Source of the DNA: Tubulanus polymorphus
Lineage: Eukaryota > Animalia > Nemertea
Length of the DNA: 64,000 bases
Assembly (NCBI RefSeq): GCF_964204645.1
Contig: NC_134025.1
Span: 28,190,299 to 28,254,298, forward strand
Reading direction: 5' to 3'
Each line of letters begins with the position of its first letter. Position 1 is the stretch's first letter. The translations under genes were made by a program, and so were the position numbers. A model generated the notes under the pieces. That model was not told the DNA's origin. It worked only from the letters and a program-made list of their open reading frames with translations, and did no database searches. Below are positions 28,401 to 43,600 of the stretch, one piece after another.

Positions 28401-28468
28401 TGTTATGGTTAGAAACTTGATGAAACTGAGCAGCCCAAGTTTAAAGTACGACAAGCTAATACCAGGAT

Positions 28469-28476
28469 TGACGTCA
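28469..28476. promoter_or_regulatory. Perfect CRE palindrome TGACGTCA, ~130 bp upstream of the neuropeptide ATG
   Basis: Exact consensus match in a promoter-proximal position; function is inferred. Confidence 0.45.
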
Positions 28477-28601
28477 CGTTATAGCGGGATTTATTCCGGG
28501 CCTCATTAATTACAAAGCCGGGATTTTTCATTCATACAGAGCTTTCAGTTTTGTTTTAATTTGAAACATTAGATACATAGGTTGTATATATATATATTTA
28601 T

Positions 28602-31600
28602 ATGAGAATGCGAACTAACGGAGCTTGGTCACTTGTACTATTGGTGGCAGTTTACATATGCGTGTCTCGAACTTACGTACAAGCAGGTAAGAATGAATCG
28701 TTGTGTATTTTTGTTGTCTTGTGCTTATTTATCTATATTTCGTTGTTATTTTGCATAGATCTTGCTATTTACACGTACGTACATGTGTTACCGTATAAAT
28801 TCTAAGGCCACCACCGCCATCACACCCCGGAGCAAAAATTGGGTTTATAAATCAATTTCACATAAGAAAATCATGTAAATTCATTTGATGCGCTCAATTC
28901 AATTGTAGTCCCAGTAAGTAGTTAGGCAAGTATCGTAAAGTATCGGTCAATTCTAAATTCTAGAATTGCGCACGCCCGAGAATTGTAAATAGGATTAACA
29001 ATTGTCCAATGTAAACAAGACGTATAGGCTCCACCAGCTTCTGAGTCTAAAATTCATGCTGAATATTAATGAATTAGTATTTCGATGATTTCTCAAATGA
29101 CCCCGTTCGCTTATAAGGGCAACTTATCCGTCCACGGTATCGAATGTGATTCTATTATGTAACGAAGACGAATAAAGAATCAGTAACACAATAAGAACAA
29201 TACATTTGCGTCAATTATATGTATTTATTCATTGATAAAATCAGAGAAACAAATAGACGATAACCCGTACCATAGCTCATAGACGTGGATCGCTTACTAG
29301 ATATACCATGAATACCAATGAAGTATACATGATAATCATTTCATATGTATCCACTCCTGACGCCCAAAATATCCCTAATCTATAAATTGATTTACCTTCC
29401 ATTCTATATTTTTGTTTAAGCTTACTCTTAATATATATACATATATATATGTATATATATATATACATATATACATATATATATAAGTGCAGAGCTATCC
29501 CAGCAGGAAATGTCGCTAGTTTTTCTAACTTCTAATTGTGAGCAGGTAGTTCAAAGAACATCGAGATGATGTGCAACTGTTTCTAGTTTCCCTATAAAAA
29601 ATTGAATTAGTAATTCAATGGCGCATTGAAACACCAGCCAGCTCATCCATAATCTAAATGCACTGTGTCTCTCAAAAAGTGAGGCTATTTGCTGCGTTCT
29701 GCCTTAATAAGAATTCATGAGTGATCGTGTAGTCACACTGCCCGGTTGCAACCGAGGTGTTTTACCATCATCTTTTACGATATCAATAATTTACATGATG
29801 CGGCCACGACGTCTCAGTTGAGAAATAGGCTTAATATTCAAGAAAAGAAGTGAAATCTTAAAACCTATCGGGATTTGACTTGTAATGCCGTCTTTCGGTT
29901 CTGAACTTATTTTGTTTTAACTGGCCTTACCACTGTGATGTATGTGTCTAATATTCTATGTCTAATATTCCCAAAAAGCAATCGTTCCCTCAAATTGCGC
30001 GCTTGTTGTTGTATGTATACCTTGCGTATAAACTGTTTTTTTTGTTGAATGACTGTTCGAACTAATGATACGGGAGTCCTATACATCGAAAACACCGATG
30101 ACTGATTACAGGAAGATGTCAGGATTCCATTTACGCGCCAGTTAGATTGATAACTTACAAAACAATGGTCGCATGTTAGTTCATCTTTAGAGGTTTGATG
30201 TATGAGAAAGGGAAGGGTGGGGGAGATTTCACCCCATATTTCGTGAATGGCACATATTGATGATGGTTCTTATGCTCTGCGTCACTAATATTTTGATCTG
30301 CGACGACACCGGACTATTTTCTATCATGGCCTCGGGTATCAATAACATCTTTACATATAACATGTGTAATTCAAAACCTCATTATGACACTTAATTTCTG
30401 ATCTTTTATAAATAACTTATTTTCCGCTTGTTTGTTAAGTTAGGCGCACCTGAAACTGACAACTTAACGGCACAGTTCACCACCGCCCATATCATCAGTC
30501 GATCTGATGAATACAGATTGGTTTGATGCCGAATAAACGTTAACGCTGTCCAGAATTACACCGGACTATGTTCGCCTTTGGCCGCGTTTAATGCCTAGCA
30601 CAATGTTTACTAATCAGTTTATAAATTCCCAACACGCACGAATCCTATAAACACGACAGAGTCTAAAATCAAAATTTACTGCTGTCGATGCTGATAGAGA
30701 AAGGATTTCTTTATTAATTGATGTCACTGATGACAAACAGTATTCCTTTACCTGTCAGGTATCCCAGAGATTGAGCTTATACTGTTCTGTACAGTGCGAT
30801 TATCATTGTCGATGTCACATTTTTTGGGTGAAGGATGTACTGATTAATTTTTCACAATAGACTATAAAAACGTTGCGTTGGGTTAAGAATCTATGTCACT
30901 AAAATGGCAGGAACTATATTCTCTTACACCTCAAAAGTAATTTTGTATTGATATAATCCCATAACGAAACGATGTCTCGTACGATATTTATGCTTAACCA
31001 CCTGTGGATAGTTTACACGGTTGGTTAAAGGTGAAGGAATCATCTTATCATCAATAAATATATAATCCTATCTGAACGGACGTCACATCGCTTTTCGGAA
31101 GTATTTCGTCGACGGTTTTTCTTTTCGTGATTTTGGTATGAATGTTATCATTCTGGGACAAATATATTTTTTTGGAGGAAATAGATTTATCGAGAAAAAG
31201 AATGTTTTCGCTGTTTTTCTTTTTTACAAATGAATGCGAACTAGCGATGTCGTTACTTTTGATCGGTAATTTGATGCGATATAAATCATGTCAATTATGA
31301 ATGATCGTTTTTTTCTAAACCATGGTGCCTGTCAATATAGGCGTCACCTCTTGAAGTTCGATATGTTGCTGGATCCCCAAGGAATGCCTCCGTTAAATTT
31401 GAATAAATTGATTGATGATAACAGAATTTTCCAAAGCGTTATAAGTTTGTGGTATGGTTTCCGCTTTCAAACGCCCGCAGAAAGAAACTCATCGATATTG
31501 GAAACCGGTAACCTACGAATGACAAATATTTCGATTTTGAAAGAGAAATCGTTAATTCTTTTTCAGTCTTTTTAATAAGACGACCCCGCCTATTAATACC

Positions 31601-34600
31601 ATTTCAAGCGAAAGATATACATCCTTAGTTTTCTGCTAAACGATGTTTTCTACATGTTTTTTTTATATATCTTATAACACTGTATGTATATCTTTCTATT
31701 TTGACAATTACAATTACAACTACAACTATTAAAACTACAATTGAAATTAGTCAATAGGTCAACAAAAAAATTACTTTTGCACAGAGTATAAAAAACAGGT
31801 TCATGTACACGTTCATACATTTACGGATGAATGTATGTTGTGTTTTCTAGACGATGATATCCAATCGTTTATGAAATGAAAGGGCATGGATTGTCTGGGG
31901 ATTGTTTTCCAGTTTGAGATCAGTTTGAATAAGAAACTGCTCTTGTTGGAAATTAAAACGAAACCTGGTAAATACTCAGTTCGAGAAACACCGTTTATAG
32001 GAACCCCTGAACGAGAAACAATTATACTGAGATTTTATTGGTTAGCTATTGTGGATAATTAACTTTGCTCTATTAAATACCAATCCATCATTCATTCATT
32101 CTAAGCTCGCGTTGATGATCAATTCACGGCCTGTTTATTTGATTTATTTCTTTTAGAGGGTTAATCCCTTGATTTGATGCTCTTTTAATAACTCGCTCGA
32201 TTGTATGATACCCGGCAACCTTCGGGATCCCTCTCGATGTTTGAACTGTAACTGTGTCTAGAGACGAAAGTCCTTCCCGAGTAGCTTTCCATGTACGATA
32301 GTCATTTTCATTTTTATACACTGTAAATTTCAAAATAGATATAAACTTGAAATCTAATTCCTGTTTATAAAGAAGCCAGCCGCAGGCATGAAATCCAAAT
32401 ATCACATCAAACTATGATAAACGACTTACGGTTATTTTGATATTATATAAAAACAGTTTGTTTTCTCATCAATACTACTCCAGGATATTGTAACAATCAT
32501 TTATAAACATTTTGAATTGAATTTGCAGTTGACTATGGTCACAAAGCCTTTTAATCTCAGATGATTACTATTACAAACCTATAGACAATATATACATATG
32601 TTTTTCGGCAGTTCTTATCCTTTATGTCTATTGTTTACCACTGTTTGGCCCTTGGGTATGGCGTTCTAGCGCCCTCATTTGAATACCAGGAATTTACGTT
32701 ATGGCCCGAATCAGCCACCATACTTAATAAACTCGATCAAGTTTTGATGTGTGCGCTCAGTTTTGAGGTAATTATCAGTTTCATTAACGTCGAAATTGAT
32801 GAACCGTCAACATTTAAGGCTGGCTTACGTCGACAAACAACGCGACGCCTACCGACTCCTACCGACGCAACTGAGAGCAACCGCGATCGCAGCCCAGCTT
32901 AGATTCATGCGATCTGATAACTTTTTAGAACTGTCTCCCAATGAACTAATGAATGTATGAATGAGTGTGTTGTGACGTTTCTACACGATAAACTGGATCG
33001 TAAACCACTTTATGAAGACAGCGAACTTTGTTAGTTCGCGAGTTGTCGTTACTACGTGGCTTTCTCACCGTACTGTATTTGGTGCTGCCGAATCTGCGTG
33101 AATACAGCGCTTTCAGCACGCTCGTAAAATGAGGATTCATTGAAATTCTGATTTCCAAGATCGAAATGGATGAGACGAACGATCTGTAACAAAGAGAATC
33201 AGATATCTACTATTGAATTACTTCTGAGGTATTGATGACAAAATGGTTTGTCGTTACGAATAGCAAGTTTCTATTTACAGTTTCACTTCGAAAAAAAAAC
33301 TGTTTGCGTCATCGAGGGGATCAGGGGATGATAGAAGGCTAATTGTAAACCCTTTTAGAAAGTATCGCCTTTAGTCAAAGTGTAACACGATCATCTCTTC
33401 AAAAGTCAATAGAACGGAGACATCTGAATAATTTTTTAATTCTTCCCACAGGTAGAAATCGAAGTAGTCATTACTTTTCGAGATCGATCAAATTGACGTG
33501 TATTCCCTTTGAAGTAACCGCCGTTAAGTTCTCTAGCACTTGCGGCGTTTTCATAAAGTCCTTACCGTGGAAACTATTTAAAATAGAAATCAACATTATA
33601 TACAACGGTACTGAATTGTATGATGTTAAAATGACTACTTAATGTTTGATGGCTGATTCGGGCCAATTGTATATTCTTTTTCATCATCCTCTGCGACAAC
33701 AAATTTTAATGCGCAGAAATTAGTTTGTTTTGTGCTATTTCTTGGTTTTGTTTTGCGGGGTGGCAAAAGAAAAAGATTTTTTTCTTCGTACAATTGACCT
33801 TTAAATATTATTTTCAATACAATATTAATGGTAGAATACATTCTACTTGTATATTCTCAACTTAATGTAAGTTGTAAATATTATTTTCAATAAAATATTA
33901 ATGGTAGAATACATTCTACTTGCATATTCTCAACTTAATGTAAGTTGAGAAATATTAATTACAAATTCAATGTAATGTAAGTTTTTGACTGATTTGGATT
34001 TGAAAATTCGGTCGTCCTGTCAACAAGTTATTGGCTTTAGGCAATAACAGGTCTTCAATTTCACTTGTTAGGTATAGTGTTTATATGTTGTTTTGTTTAT
34101 CGATGGCATGATTGATACATTTTGAAACCAATCTCACACATTATGCTTATTGACGTTAAAGTCAATAAAAACATGGACTGGCTTTCTATGAAATCAAAAT
34201 GGTGTTCATAGTTTGGTGTACGAACTTTAGGACATAATTTAAAAAAAGAATTATTATGTAATTCAGAAATCGATGACACTTTAGCTGAATCAGTTCATTC
34301 GGTACTCCAAAACCGTTTCAAACTCTGAAATGACGATCAATGTAAAATTACTTCATAGATCAGGTTTGTTGTGAAATGGATTTATTGCTTTGTACTTGGG
34401 TCTATTGCCGATGGAGATAGAAACTACTATTGGAATATATGCATTAAGATGTTTGAAAATTCCTTAGAAACCTTTCAAATGAAGCAATAAATTATTGGTT
34501 TACAGCTATTTTATTCACCTCTCTGTAGTTGTTGGATAAATTTGTCCCTCAGAGCCAAAATGTCTCACATTGAAAGTCAGTTCTAACATTATGAACTATT

Positions 34601-37600
34601 TACGTAAAAAGAAGGTTTGGATACACGCAGTTTGCTTTTGGTGGAAATAAGGAAGCTTAAATCTTATCAATAGTCAAACCAGTGCAGTTAACGATAACTG
34701 TTTCATTTGAGAGAAAACACACCTGGGAATTGGTAATATCAGTCATTTTACGTCTGATAGGTTTCGGTTTGGTAGCACACGCTGTAGTCACGACCGATGT
34801 TATCATCGTGTCTCGGTTAACCGACAGACCACCGCTGAAAGCCTCATCCAACCAATAATTGGCTGAAAAGCTTGGCGTCAACAAGAATAAAAGAAAATCA
34901 AGTTAGCCCCGTATTTTGTTAACCTTTATTTGATGTGATGTAGCTTCAATACTGACACCTCTATAAGCGATTAATTCACGAGCAAAGATTCTCTCAGCGA
35001 CAGTAATGTTATTAGTTAAGTCAATGAAACTATCCGTACAGATACTGACAAGGGACCAATCTATCAACTAATTCCATACTGTCCCCAATAGACAGTCAAA
35101 TCATGTTGCATTCGACTAATAAACACACGGCATATGCTCGAATTGGTCAGATTTCATGCGCATCAAAATCTTATATGTAAAAAAATACAGCAATTTAAAA
35201 AAGAGATAAACTTCACAGTTAGAGAGAACTTCAAAGTTATAAAATGTACCAAAATAATTCACAATCCTCTTTGTTTCGTGTGATTCTTTTACAATGACTT
35301 TCATGATGTGATCTGCATTAGCTCAAGGGTTTGTCAGTTCTCTATTGTTCAGGTAACTTAAGCGCACGTTCGTATGTAGGTTCACGTTTATCGCCTACGA
35401 TGCATATCGACTGCGCCGGTGGGGCATCCTTGGGATTTGATTAATTACGCATTATGGAATAGTATACAATTAATTAATCCGGTATCAAATTTTAATTCAT
35501 TCCCACGTCCCTTTCCGGCGCGCAATCGTCGCACCTGAAATTTATCGTATCTCCAAGACATGCGTAGGTATGGTGTTTAGGCCTCTAGATTTTTTTCATC
35601 AAAAGTTAATCAATACTTTCTGGATTGTCTCATATATGCCGCGTGGTTTCTAACTATTCTGTGTTCGCGTTGTAATTTTCTTGCGCTGAACTTTGACGGA
35701 TCATTGACTTGTGTTTAGTTATATGCAGCGCCTCACTGTTTCTATTTGTTTGATATGAATCCCATTTGCGACGCCACTGCTACTCAATTATTCAAACGAT
35801 TTCATTTGACAAAATAATTTCGCGACATAAAGAAGCCGGTAAAAACCTATTGATGAACGTAGATTTATTGGAAGCGTGAAGTCACGCGAGATTATGCGAC
35901 TGTTCGCGAGAACATTGGCAGGTTCACGTGAAAAAAAAACAGTACCATTAAAACTCAAGACGAGTGTATCAAAGTGCAAAGCTGATTAATCAAAATACGG
36001 TTTATTATTTCAACATATAATACCAAAGCCATTACGGTATTGCTGTATGTGGGTGGATTCATTAGTATATCACAATCATCTGCTGAAAGTTGATCTGTAA
36101 TGTAAATTCTTTCGTCGATCAGATGTAATGAATTATCTGATGTCCACACGAGGTTCAATAGCGTTCGGTCATTTTCGTCACTGTGGTTACCGGCAATGAA
36201 TATGACGAGAAAACTAACTTGAAAGGTCATTGACAGCTTGAAAAATAAAACGTTATCGACAATAACTGATTGAAATTATCAGGAATCATGTGGGAAACAG
36301 TGAATACATCTGTTCAAATTTGGATTAATATAGATTTATCAGCCGGGACATCTAGAAGTTATTGTTATAAACGGGTTTTGTATTCAACCCCGAATCGTAT
36401 GACGGGTTTGGTTTCTCTTGTATCTTTCATATAACGTACTTCTATTTTTTTTTCAAAATTTAACATGAGCAGTATTTTGAATACGCAAACCTCAATATTT
36501 GGTAAGTCATTCTCTTGATATGAGATGATGTGCTATATCTCGAGAGAACTGCCCGAGAGATTCGTCCCAGATTAGATTAATTAGATTGGGATATAAATGG
36601 ATTAAGACTCGTTAATCACGCCCCCTATATAGTATACTCACCGTCCTGTCTAAAACACTCGTTGCGGAAAATAATCGTTATGACTCACGTGTGTGATCTG
36701 AGAATGCGTTTGAAAATGAATATATCGTCCATCTTGATAGCTAGGTAGAAAGTATTCCACTTATGCGTGCATGTGTTAAGAAATGTTCACAGAAAGTTGC
36801 CTGGGGCGTGCCGCCGATATCCTGAACGGAAATATTGAGAGAATATTCAGTTCGTAGTCTTAGAGTCACGCAAAAAATCCAATTCATTCCCATGTAATTG
36901 ACACTCCTCTGATAATATTGGACATTAACAGCGAGTAAATCGAAGCACTATAGTGTCATTTTTTTCCTGTGGCTTCCGTAAAATAAACAATTTTCCGCGA
37001 ATTTGGTTTTTTAATTTTTCGACCTCCCTTCGGCGGTGTTATATGTTTGCAGATTCTTCAACAACAATACGAGAGGGGAGAAGCTCGACAGATTGGAATA
37101 TAAGGTATTTTCGGAGTGAAAATGTTTGATAGACAGGTTCAATTCTGCTCTTACAATCAGATATTCATGACCCTAATCATTAACATGATTCCCATAGAAC
37201 ATATTATGGATGACTCCGGCATAGGGAATTAACGAACCGAATGTAAGGAGCCCAAGAAAAAAACTGGAGCTCAGAGTAATGCCAATTAACAATTCTTTAC
37301 ACAGAACACATATTTCTACAGTGACCGTATTTCACTCGCGGCCATATTTGAATATCAGATTCTGGCGCCCAGTCCAATTATCTCAGGTAGCATGAGCGTG
37401 GTCACTTCCTGCGCACAGTATCACAGTGTTTGTTTCCCATCAATGTTACTGTCTGCTACATTTCTCCGAACTAGTCCAAAATGCGTTACGTATTTTGTCT
37501 TCTTCGAGTTTTACGGATAGCTTCTATTCCATGTGCCTCCTCAAATAACATATACTTTACACCAATGCCCCGCGGTGTAATTTTCCGTTATAAACGGGTA

Positions 37601-40600
37601 GAGGTTTTTTTATACGTCAGATGATTATTGACTTCTATTTAATTCTATGATTTCTTCACCGAAAAACTACATTTACCATTTGTGAAATAAATACGTTAAA
37701 TCAAATTCGTCAAATTAACCAAAAGAGGTAGGAGCGTCAGTGAAATTCATAGATCAATAGTTAAAATGCGACGTTATATAAAATTCCTTAAAGCAGAAAA
37801 GAATTCTTCGTAGTAAGAGACCTAATGCTGATAATTCGGAACTGCGTATGACACGATATACCGATAAAACTGACTAATCCATTGATAGCTTGACCACTGG
37901 TTAGGTCGAGCTCATCAAAAACTAATCAAGTGTGTGTAGGTAGGTGAAATGGGTAATACATTCTCTTCCGTGTGACTTGGTACATACTTATTACTATCTT
38001 CGTCTTACAATCGTATACCAAATAAATCACGTCCAAGAGATTTCTATGCGTTATATGTCACCAATGCTCTGCAATCGCTACATCATATTTCCCGTATATT
38101 CCCCTGATCTGATACTATTCATCATAATTCAGAAAAGAATTACTCCTGTTTGATGATCTAGAAAAATAAACGCATTAACAAACAATTTATCGGCCGTACC
38201 ATGAACACCCCGGGCGGTTAGTCACGAGTAACAAATAAATTTTAAAAGAAAATGCAAAAAAATTGTATGGCTCTAAAAATTATTTCCAATCTTTTTTCTC
38301 TATTTGGAACAACACTATTTAGCGCATCAAGATTCCAGTATTTGTATTGTGTTTATAAACCCAGCATTACCATTAAAATCCAGTCGCAATTACTTTGATA
38401 TTAATGAAATCGACGGCCCAGAATACGAACCACGGTCGGAGTAAAAATCAGAAAAATTATACGGGCTCAATTACAACAAATTCGCGTTTTATTGGCAGTT
38501 AGACTATTTACACAGCAGGGTTAGGGAATGGGGGGTAGAACTACGCTTCAGGGATGTGTAAATAGTTATTACACATACAGCTGAAAGACAGCGTGGTTTT
38601 GTTTTTAATGGTTGAGGGAACAATCCGTTATATTACCCACCAATACGCAATCTTATCAAACATTGCCTTAACCCGTAACGCGAACAGAACAAGACATTCT
38701 GCTTAGAAATTCATTTCTCGTATTCAGTAAAGAGGCGCCTTACGTAAAAAAAAAACAACCATGATCGTGTGTTTATTTAATACGTGATTATGAATGTAAA
38801 ACCTCTCTGGAACTTTTGACAACTGAAAAGACGGCAATTACGTGCACAGGAAATGTTCAATTCTAATTCTCAAAACATATCATTTGAAACAGAGAAGTTA
38901 CCGGCGAAGAGAGGTGTAATTTTACATATGATATAGACTTGTTTGATATTCCCGTGAAAGTTATTACAATGAAACTTTATTCTAGCCTCGACATTTGTAT
39001 ATTCTCGAGTTATAGATGCGAATCAATCCCAGAAAATGGCCCACTTCGCGCAATATATCAACATCTTTAACCTGTCATCAAGTCTTCATGTGCGCTCAGA
39101 AACTTCGACTGCGAATCAAATAGTAATAATTCAAAATATTTTCATCTCGATGACAGGTTTGTCACCGTATGAACGGCTTTGGCAGTCATAATGTTTGATT
39201 CGAACGCTTAAATGAAATGATCATTTATCAAGTGAGAAAACCCTATTGATCATTAGTGCTTTCGTTTTTAATTACACCGTCGATCGATTGGGTTTGTATC
39301 GATTAGACTCGCTTCACTGAAACAAGACGAGTTTTGCAGTCAATTTGCTGTAATACTTTGCGATGACGTATATACTACTTTGGACGGTAAAACGAAAAGT
39401 GAAATAGTGTTTAGTGTTTTCTGTCTCCACCGCGTAAATACATTTTCATTACCTGAAATATCCAGCGTTAATTAAGCCAACAATTTATTGGGCAATTACT
39501 ATAGAAAAATTTGATTTGGTTTTCTACATTCTCGGTTCGCTGTGGTACGGAATGTATTGTAATTACACCAGTGCGCAGACGGCTTACAGTCGGAATAGAA
39601 AACCGCTGGTGAAACTCTCGGGGTAATTTATGATAGAATATCACGTCCGGCCGCGATAGATGCTGGAAAAATAATTGTATTAGGTTATTGTTTCTAGTTA
39701 CCGATGAAATTGCAATGCGCTCCGTTTCTTTTCATGTCAACGGCGTTCAATGTCTTAAGGCGATAGCGACCGGGTTTAAAGCGGGGGGCCGTTTATACTA
39801 CCTGCGCTTTATTCGGTCTCGGGTTCGATCCCACTGCTGCAGTCCGTTCTAAAGTAGATCAGGTTGGACGAAACTATTTTACAGTTTCTAGTCCTGAAAA
39901 CCTTTTTTGAGGCGTGAGTTATCATATTTCACCGGTCCTTCGGTGGATTAGCACAACATTCAAACCGGGTGAATATCTGGTTTTCAGTTATGTCGAATTC
40001 ATTTCACAAATTTGCAACAATGCGACACGAAACTTATGATGAAAAAAACTGTGGCCATTTTTTGCCATAGTTAATTCAAAAATTCAAAGATGTCTTGCCG
40101 CCGAGTTTTCATTCTATGGTTATTTCATTGCAGCGCGTCTATCGCCATGCCGAGTTTCTGCGGTACTGTTTTCGATGAATTTAGATCTATTCATTTTCAC
40201 TATAATCATAGCGGAGGATAAACCAGCGCAAGATGCTCTTATTACTTTCCAGTCAGCGGCGGGTCGATCCTGAACTCCGCATTCAAGAGCGCGAAAAAGC
40301 ACCAGTGTTCCGTATATGCGACGTTCTCCATTTCATGTTCTATTATTGCTTCGAATCAAAGTATGAATTGATCAGTACCTGTCTCGGGAAATGGAATCAA
40401 GATGACACGAGTAGTGACTCATGATTGAACCGTATCTTAAACTAAAGCGCTTTCAAGGGAAAATGATACCAATCATTTTTTCTCATTAGAGATCACTTCA
40501 AACGTATCAAATGATCATTACTTTACTCAAGGTTTCTTCGCAGCTTTTCTTCATAATAATTTGTTTCTATTGATACCGGAAGTAATCGAGTAGTCACTGA

Positions 40601-43600
40601 GCATAACTTCGAGATATCGGGTTATATAGAAATCGTTGAATAGAAAGATATCTATATCGACACCAGTTGCTCTGCGGTGATCTCAAATAATGACAAAACA
40701 ATGAGAAAATGTGGAAATCAATTAAACGTTAGTTGTGTATTTTCCGATAACTGCATTACGTCCATTTCTATCAACACGTAAAGACTGAGACAGACTGTTG
40801 GTTAGGGTTTGGTTTCTGGTGTAAAAAATTCAGTAGATTTGCGCATAATGACGAAATTGAGTATGTCGTCACTGAAAACTGCATGGTGTGACCGGCGTGG
40901 TATTCATACCTTTAGCCAATCTTATTAGATATTTCAGGCGAATGTTTAAGACCAACCCTTAAGCGGCAGGATGGAGAAAGCATTTTGGGCGCTCGATCGA
41001 TTTATATAAAATGTTTCATCAATAGGTTATCGATTAGTGACGAATGAAAGGCCGTGAGTAACAGTCAATTAATGGGGAAATGAGGCTTAACAGTTCTTAC
41101 ATCTATATCAATAATATATAAAGATACCCTATGCATAAGATAAATAGACAAATCAATTTATTCTTATCCCTATAGCCAAAACACGCCGTGCCCATTGCTG
41201 GTTAGAAATAAATGACAGATTCTAATGGGGCTATTATATTGACGCCATGAAATTCATGATAAAGAAATGATGGTTGCTAAATACCAACTACTCACTTTAC
41301 AGTAAAGAATTTGACTAGACTAAAATAATGAAAAACGAGGTCCAACCTACAATATTGTGAAATTTAACCTTGAAATTTAAAGGTTATACCTGTTCGTATA
41401 TAGATCATGTTACATGAAATTGAAGGAATAAAATAACGTTTTCCACATATCAAATCATTCAGTCGAATGTATTCGCCGAGCAATTAAAGGACTGACGAAC
41501 CACAACTCTCATTAATGAGGCGTAAAAGGCCACTTCAAAACAACCACTGATGATGTGATTGATTCCCACGTTAATTGTTTCAATTTGTAGATTTTGAGAG
41601 CGATTTCAAGGTTTTTTGTATACGTTATTTTCATGGTTGAAAAATGAAATTCATTCAAACTACATTATGACATTTTACGGCGTCTGAGAAAAGCTGAAAG
41701 ATTGCAACAAAATTAGAAAGCAATTGAGCGATAATGACGACAAATTAATCGTCAATCGTAAAGAGGATATCCTCATGGATAGGTTCGTACACACGTATTT
41801 CCATGTGTTTTTTAAAGAGATCTAATTCTGATTTGTATTGATTCAGTATTAAGTATCAGACATTATACCACAAGGTGTGACTGTTATTATACACACATTA
41901 AACCACTTATATCATATGCATTAGCAATATCTATTGAATCGAACCATTTCTGTTTTCGATTTCATATTTATAGATCTGTTTTCACCTGTGTCAGGCTTTT
42001 AACACGTCAAAAGTCAAAAGCATAGTCATATTTTTACCCATCAATGAAAATAGCTCCGACTGCTTAATGTAAGATATATGTATATCATGTTTTTATGTAG
42101 CAAAGGCAACATCGATCCGACGGAAAATCGCTTTTTATTTGATCTGTTGATCGATTCAAATAATTGAAATCTAATTCGATGAATGACTTGTCAGATCATT
42201 ATATATACATCATAGTTAAGTTCGCTAATGAACCTATATCAAACCTATATCTGATTATATTTCTATGTATGATTTCCATCATCACAGAGAAACGATTGTA
42301 GATGTAATTGTTTTAGAAGTGGAAGGAATTGCTACGGCAAAATAGCCGGAAGAATATCCCGTTGGTCAAATATTAAGAGACAGATCCATGAAGAATTTGT
42401 AGCTTTCGGCTTAATAAGAGTTTAATATAGAACTGAATGGTTTGTGAATGTGTTCCTGGTGTGGGTGGTATAATTGCGTGGGTGGCTGCATTATCGATTG
42501 ATGCGTTCAATCACACATCACGAAGTACTAAATACCATCTATTACGCAGACGAGGAAGAAATCTCCAAATGAACACCATAAATTTTCAAATCGGAATAAA
42601 CCAATAATGTTTTTGCCTGGAATGCCCCGCTATATACATATATCATATAATATGAAATCATCCTTTTTCCTGACTGGCGTTCGCCCTAAAATGAAAGAAT
42701 AAGTAACGAGCATGATATAGAGTAACAAACATAATACATGGCGTATAAACTCTGTATCGCTTCCTGAACAGCCATTGATATATACTCGAAAAGCAAAGGT
42801 AACTATTGTCCATTGCCTCTCGGCTGTAGCTAACTAATATGAATAATAGAAAATATCCTGTTACGTCTGCTTTGAGAAATGATAGCGTTCTATCAATCGT
42901 GAGAACTATCAATAAGAAGCTAGAGTTGCGGGTTTTTTGCCTCTGCATTTAGTGACTGTTACATCACGAAATACTAAACTCCATTTTCTCACCAGATTAG
43001 CAATTTTATCCTTCCGGCAACAACAAAAACATGTAAAAAGCTACTCCGTCATTTCATCAAGGCGTATTATACCCAAGCATGAAAAATTTGCGATGATTCT
43101 AAGCAATTTTTATCTGATTACCGTTCGAATAATTTGGGATTGCCAAATCTTACGGGATTTCAATAACATTCTTTAGCCAATTCCTGGTAGTTGGAACAAT
43201 TCAACACAGCCGCCGACTAAACTTTTTAAAACCATAAGCAGTGGGAATAGATGTGTATTGAATCACAAGTTTGATGTCACACGATACGAGTTTATTGTGA
43301 GTTTTTAGTTATTACCCGATGTTTACGCGAAGAAAACGTAGTCTGACTAAAGAAACGCAGATACGATGGAATATGAGTACGACTTTCGTTGTGCATGGTG
43401 TTACATTTCATCCAACTCTAAATTTCCTCTTAAAATAACGCGTGATTTATAAATAAATATCACTTCCCTAAAACGCGTATCGCGAATTTGAATAAACACC
43501 TGAAATTGTCGAGCAATGACGTCATAATCGCTGTTACTAGATGCAAGACGTAAAATGCATCGCACAGAAGCTTTCAGCAAAATTATACTCATTACAACCT

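Noticed and set aside
39759-39850. tRNA gene
   Set aside because: A/B-box-like motifs are present but no acceptor stem or cloverleaf; more likely SINE-derived.
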